Assembly: GCF_009914755.1 (NCBI RefSeq)
Contig: NC_060940.1
DNA length: 64,000 nt
Source: the human T2T-CHM13v2.0 reference genome, Homo sapiens
Direction: 5' to 3' (one strand)
Of this stretch, positions 57,958-64,000 are shown one piece after another. The position numbers and the translations under genes were made by a program. The notes beneath the pieces were generated by a model, which was given only the letters and a program-made list of their open reading frames with translations, made no database searches and was not told where the DNA came from. How positions within the stretch are numbered: position 1 is the stretch's first letter; the number at the start of each line of letters is the position of its first letter.

Positions 57958-58438
57958 ACTGTCATTTGCTACAATGTGGATGAACCTGGAGGACATTATG
58001 CTAAGTGAAATAAGCCAGGCACAGAAAGACAAATACTGCATGATCTCACTTAGATGTGGAATCTAATGAAGTTGAACTCACAGAAGTAGAGAGTAGAATG
58101 ATGGTTACCAGAAGCTGGGGGACAGCAGGAGGCAGGAGTAGGGAAGAAATGGAGAGTTGCTGAGCAAAGAGTACAATGTTTCGGATAGGAGGAATTGCCT
58201 TTGAGATCTATTGCACAGCAGGGTGACATTAGTCAATAATATGTATGTTTCAAAGTAATTAAGAGAGTAAATTTCAAATGTCTCATGCTAAGGAAATGAT
58301 AGGCAAGTTAGGTGATGGATATGTTAATTTTCTTGATTTAATCATGCCACATTGTGTGTGTATATTCAGAACAATCAGAACAATCACATTGTACCCCATA
58401 AATGCATACAATTATAATTTGTCAATCAAATATAAAAT
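57958..58438 (+). mobile_element. L1MA 3' end
   Basis: GTCATTTGCTACAATGTGGATGAACCTGGAGGACATTATGCTAAGTGAAATAAGCCAGGCACAGAAAGAC; TSD-like AAAATCAGCA / AAAATTAGCA. Confidence 0.88.
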
Positions 58439-59824
58439 TAGCAGCCTCAGCCCTGGAACTGTATGTCTGCTGGCCTCAGGACTGATTACCTGTGTCCCAG
58501 CCACTCAGCATATGTGACCCTTGAGCCAAGTGTCCACCTCTGCCCCAGTCAGCTGTGTTCAGGGAATGTGGATGTCTCAAAGTACAAGCATGGCTTTTGG
58601 GAGGTGCCCATCTCAGAGATGGCATTGGGCTCAGGCAGGCATGGAAAGGTACCCTGAAAGATGCACCTTGAGGGTCGTGGAGGGAGTCATGAGGACCACA
58701 GGTGTAGGAGTGTGGCTTTAAGCTCTTTCAGGTAGCAGGAAGGAGGAGGGAAGAATCCACTGAGGATGACCTGGTTTGTCTGGTCTGAAGGATTGGGGCA
58801 GTGGGTGGGTAGAGTTGGTGCCTACAAGTATGATCCCTCATGAAAGCGGAGGGAGGGGAATGAGGTCAGAGGAGCTCTCCAGCAGCCTCTAAATAAGCCG
58901 TAAGAAGTCAATGTTTCCCTGCAACTTGCCGATTGGTTTTCCTGTCTCTCATCTGGCTCTAATCTGTGCTGCACAGCCCCTTCTAAGTCATTTTCCTAAA
59001 ATAGCATGTTTATGGTGCAGGGGTTTGCAGTGGCCAACAGCGATGATTGCAGCCCTACAGCTGTCACAACAACCCATTGACCACTGTGTGCAATGCTGTG
59101 CTTGCCACGGGCAAAACACTTCGTCTCTTAGTTCTTCGGTTTCCTCATCTGTAAAACAGGGGTAGTAAGTAGTATGTACTTTATAGGGCTGTTATGAGGA
59201 TCGAATGCATTAATGCCTGATGAATCCCTTAAAATAGTCCCTGGCATGAATAAATGTTCCATAAATGTTAACTCTCACTTATTAAGTATTTATTGAGCAT
59301 CTTCTGTATGCCAAGTACAGTTTATGCCCTGGGAGTATAATGATGAGCAAAATTTCCTCACATTGCATGCAGTGAAGTGTGGAAGAGATGCAATTAAGCG
59401 TGCATTTATAAGTCAGTGGTTTAAGTGCCGTGATGGAGAGGATTTAGAATATAAGTTCCATGAAAGCAGAAGCTCTTTTGTTCACAGCTGTATCCCCAAT
59501 GCCTAGGAAGAACTTGACCCTCAGTATACATTTGCTAGGTGAATGAACGAATGAGTCAAGTTCTATCTTAGCCGCACATGAAGATGAGGTGTCAATGGAG
59601 TAAAGTTGGGAGTGAGGAGAGAAGGGAGGGGAACTTGGTGTGAACCCCATCTCTGCAAGGGTCCAGCTGGGTGGCCTTGGTGAAGTTACTCTGTAGTTAG
59701 GATCTGTTTCATTGTTGCTAAAATGGGAACAAATGATACCTTCTGCATGGCATGTCATAAGGATTGGAGAGAGTACATGTGAGACACCCAGCGTACACAT
59801 GTAGCTCTCAAGCAGTGTGTTGAG

Positions 59825-60235
<411 letters not shown>

Positions 60236-60807
60236 TCAGAAATGCTTGAATCCTTGTCTTGGAGATCGCTCAAGAAAATATTTACATGAAGAAAAGTGCA
60301 AAACCAACAGAGGCAACTTATTATTAGTTGTGATTTTGCCCCAGATCTTAAAGTAGAGCTCACAAGGCCTTGAGGAACTCCTTTCTTCTCTACTAGGCAG
60401 GACTAAGGAAATTCAAACCTGAACTCAAACCTAACTCTTGGCCTCTGTAAGATCAATATATCAGAGAAACCAGAAGGGACCACAAGAGCCAAGAGTAGAG
60501 ACAGAATGTGTCCTAGGTCTTGGAGAGGAGCTGGCTCAGGCCACTTCTACCAAGGGTCTCAGGGCAATACTATAAGACTTGGACCCAGTAGCGTCCTGGG
60601 AGAGGTGAAGGATGTAAGGGAGAAGGAGAAGAGAAAGATGGCAAGGATGCCTTTTAACCTCCATGCGAGCTCCACCACTGGGGTCTGGCCAATCCGTGTC
60701 TTGGAATCCATCCAATTAAATCAACTCTGCCTCCTTAGAGGTTAAGTAGGGGTGTAAGAGAACCTGGAGCTTCTCCTACAGGCCAATACCAGTCATGAAC
60801 AGGGGTT

Positions 60808-61063
60808 CCTTTTTTATTATTATTATACTTTAAGTTCTGGGGTACACGTGCAGAATGTGCAGTTTTGTTTCATAGGTATACACCTGCCATGGTGGTTTGC
60901 TGGACCCATCAACTTGTCATCTACATTAGGTATTTCTCCTAATGCCTCCCCTAGTCCCCCACCCCCCGACAGGTCCAGGTGTATTATGTTCCCCTCCCTG
61001 TGTCGATGTGTTCTCATCGTTCAACTCCCACTTATGAGTGAGAACATGCGGTGTTTGATTTTC
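60808..61063 (-). mobile_element. L1PA 3' end (~250 bp)
   Basis: TTATACTTTAAGTTCTGGGGTACACGTGCAG...CCACTTATGAGTGAGAACATGCGG; TSD GAACAGG(G/T)GTTCCTTTTT. Confidence 0.92.
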
Positions 61064-61587
61064 GAACAGGTGTTCCTTTTTAGGTGGGTTTGAAGCACTG
61101 AACTCCCAACTTTAAGGTGAATGTCCAAGAAGCACAATGGGAACTGTTCTGTGGCACAGAGCAGGGGGACTCTGATAGGAACCTTATGTATTCACTTAGT
61201 CTCATTGTCCGGAGATAGAGACATGGCTGGTTAAGCTGCCAAAAGGGATCCCTTAGTTTTTTGGGGGGTGGATTTCCAAGCCCTGTTGTTGTTACTAGGA
61301 CGGCACCTCAATCTTTGAGCAGGACAGATGATTGCTGGGGTCCTTTTGTAGCTGAGAGCACTCAGGGTCCCACTGGCGACAGCAGAAAAGACCTCGCTTC
61401 TCAAACTTGGCTGTCCAGTGCTCTGGACGAGTACTTCATCTGCCTGACTGCAGAGGGTGGGAACGTTGTGAAAGAAACTTTGTAGCTCATTAACAAGATA
61501 GGAAGCAACCGAAGTCTGCAGTGGCTGAGGATTTTCAGTCAGGTTTATTGAGACATACGTTTCCTGTGGTAAAAGTCACTTTAAACA

Positions 61588-62197
<610 letters not shown>

Positions 62198-62576
62198 ACA
62201 AATTCACTTTTAAAAATATAAAGTAAAATTCATCACAGTTAATATATAGACCACTCCAATATCCAAAACAAAAAAGTTGCTGCATCTGCCTCTTTTTAGT
62301 TAATTCCCTATCCACCTCCAACCCCTTTTAACCACTGATGTTTTCTGTCCCCATAGTTTTGTGTTTTTCAGAACATTTAGAAATGAACCTACACTTGTGT
62401 TGAACATCTTTGTTTTACCAGAATCCTTTCGAGGTTCATGAATGCTGCTGCATGTGTCAATAGTTCATTCCTTTTTACTGCTGAAAAGTATTCCACTGTG
62501 TGGATGCCTCACACTGTATCCATTCACAGGTCGAACGACATTTGGGTCCTTTCCAGTTTGGGGCTATTATAAGTAA

Positions 62577-62924
<348 letters not shown>

Positions 62925-63030
62925 TAGGATTCCTGGGTCCTAGGAGAGTTCCAGTTTATGTTCTTTCTTCACTAACACTTGGTATCGTTGGTTTTAGTTT
63001 TCAAACATTTTAGCAACTCTGGTAGGTATG

Positions 63031-63400
63031 TGATATGGTTAGGCTTTGTGTCCCCACCTAAATCTCATCTTGAATTGTAATCCTCATAATCCACACATGT
63101 CAAGGGAGAGACCAGGTGGAGGCAATTGAATCTTGGGGCAGTTTCCCCCATGCTGTTCTCATGATAGCGAGTGAGTTCTCACACGATCTGATGGTTTTAT
63201 AAGGGGCATGTCCCCCTTTGCTCGGCACTTCTCCTTCCTGCTGCTTTGTGAAGAAGGTGCCTTGCTTTCCCTTCGCCTTCCACTACGATTTTAAGTTTCT
63301 TGAGGCCTCCTCGTCCTCAAGAAAATTGACTGTTAGTCAATTAAATCTCTTTCCTTTGTAAATTACCCAATCTCAGGCAGTTCTTTATAGCAGTATGAAA
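63031..63400 (+). mobile_element. THE1D-like MaLR solo LTR (3' end truncated)
   Basis: TGATATGGTTAGGCTTTGTGTCCCCACC.AAATCTCATCTTGAATTGTA, CCCCCATGCTGTTCTCATGATAG, GATCTGATGGTTTTATAAGGGG. Confidence 0.88.
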
Positions 63401-63692
63401 GCAGTATGGAATTATTTTAAAGTTTTGAAAAGAACAGTTTCCTTAGGAGAAGCACTCATCACATTACAGCACATAAAAGAATATCTATGTAGTATGTCTG
63501 TTTATTTGCTTACATGTTCATTTTCTGTCACTAGAGTACAATTTTAAAGGAGGCATCTGTGGCAGCATCAATAAATACATGTGAATGGATGAATGAAGGA
63601 AGGAAGAAACTGGTAGCATGTACCAAAGGCTAGGGTGTCAGATCAGCCCTGGATTGGAACCTAAGGCCCATGTTATTAACTTCTGCCATGTA

Positions 63693-63999
<307 letters not shown>

Positions 64000-64000
64000 A

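Noticed and set aside
63115-63140. DUX4 site in the THE1D LTR
   Set aside because: Reads CAATTGAATCT rather than TAATTGAATCA; probably inactive.

Overview
Primate (almost certainly human) genomic DNA from within the protein kinase C beta gene PRKCB, which lies on the + strand. The only host coding sequence I can support is one 83-nt internal exon at 22293-22375 encoding (V)[27 protein letters not shown], the end of the C1A zinc finger (PRKCB exon 3). The rest is intron 2 and intron 3, filled with interspersed repeats: about 34 Alus, old L1M/L1PA fragments, L2/MIR, MaLR LTRs (MLT1, THE1), DNA transposon relics (MER102, MER5A, MER3, MER94, MADE1) and two long pyrimidine tracts. Nearly all ORFs in the supplied track are Alu or low-complexity artefacts. 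The most unusual object is a full-length, decayed ERV-L provirus (25685-32179) with LTRs from two different families: a MaLR MLT1A0-type 5' LTR and an MLT2-type 3' LTR. The switch falls at the primer-binding site, and the unit sits as one insertion in an older MLT1K-type LTR. This fits intermolecular plus-strand transfer between co-packaged MaLR and ERV-L RNAs (inference). Other notable items: several local templated copies in the first 10 kb, an Alu flanked by a ~190-bp duplication, a 1.3-kb polypyrimidine tract grown from an Alu tail, a twin-primed L1, and short hairpin or patchwork scars. Subfamily names come from recalled consensus sequences and repeat boundaries are approximate; confirm with RepeatMasker/Dfam.
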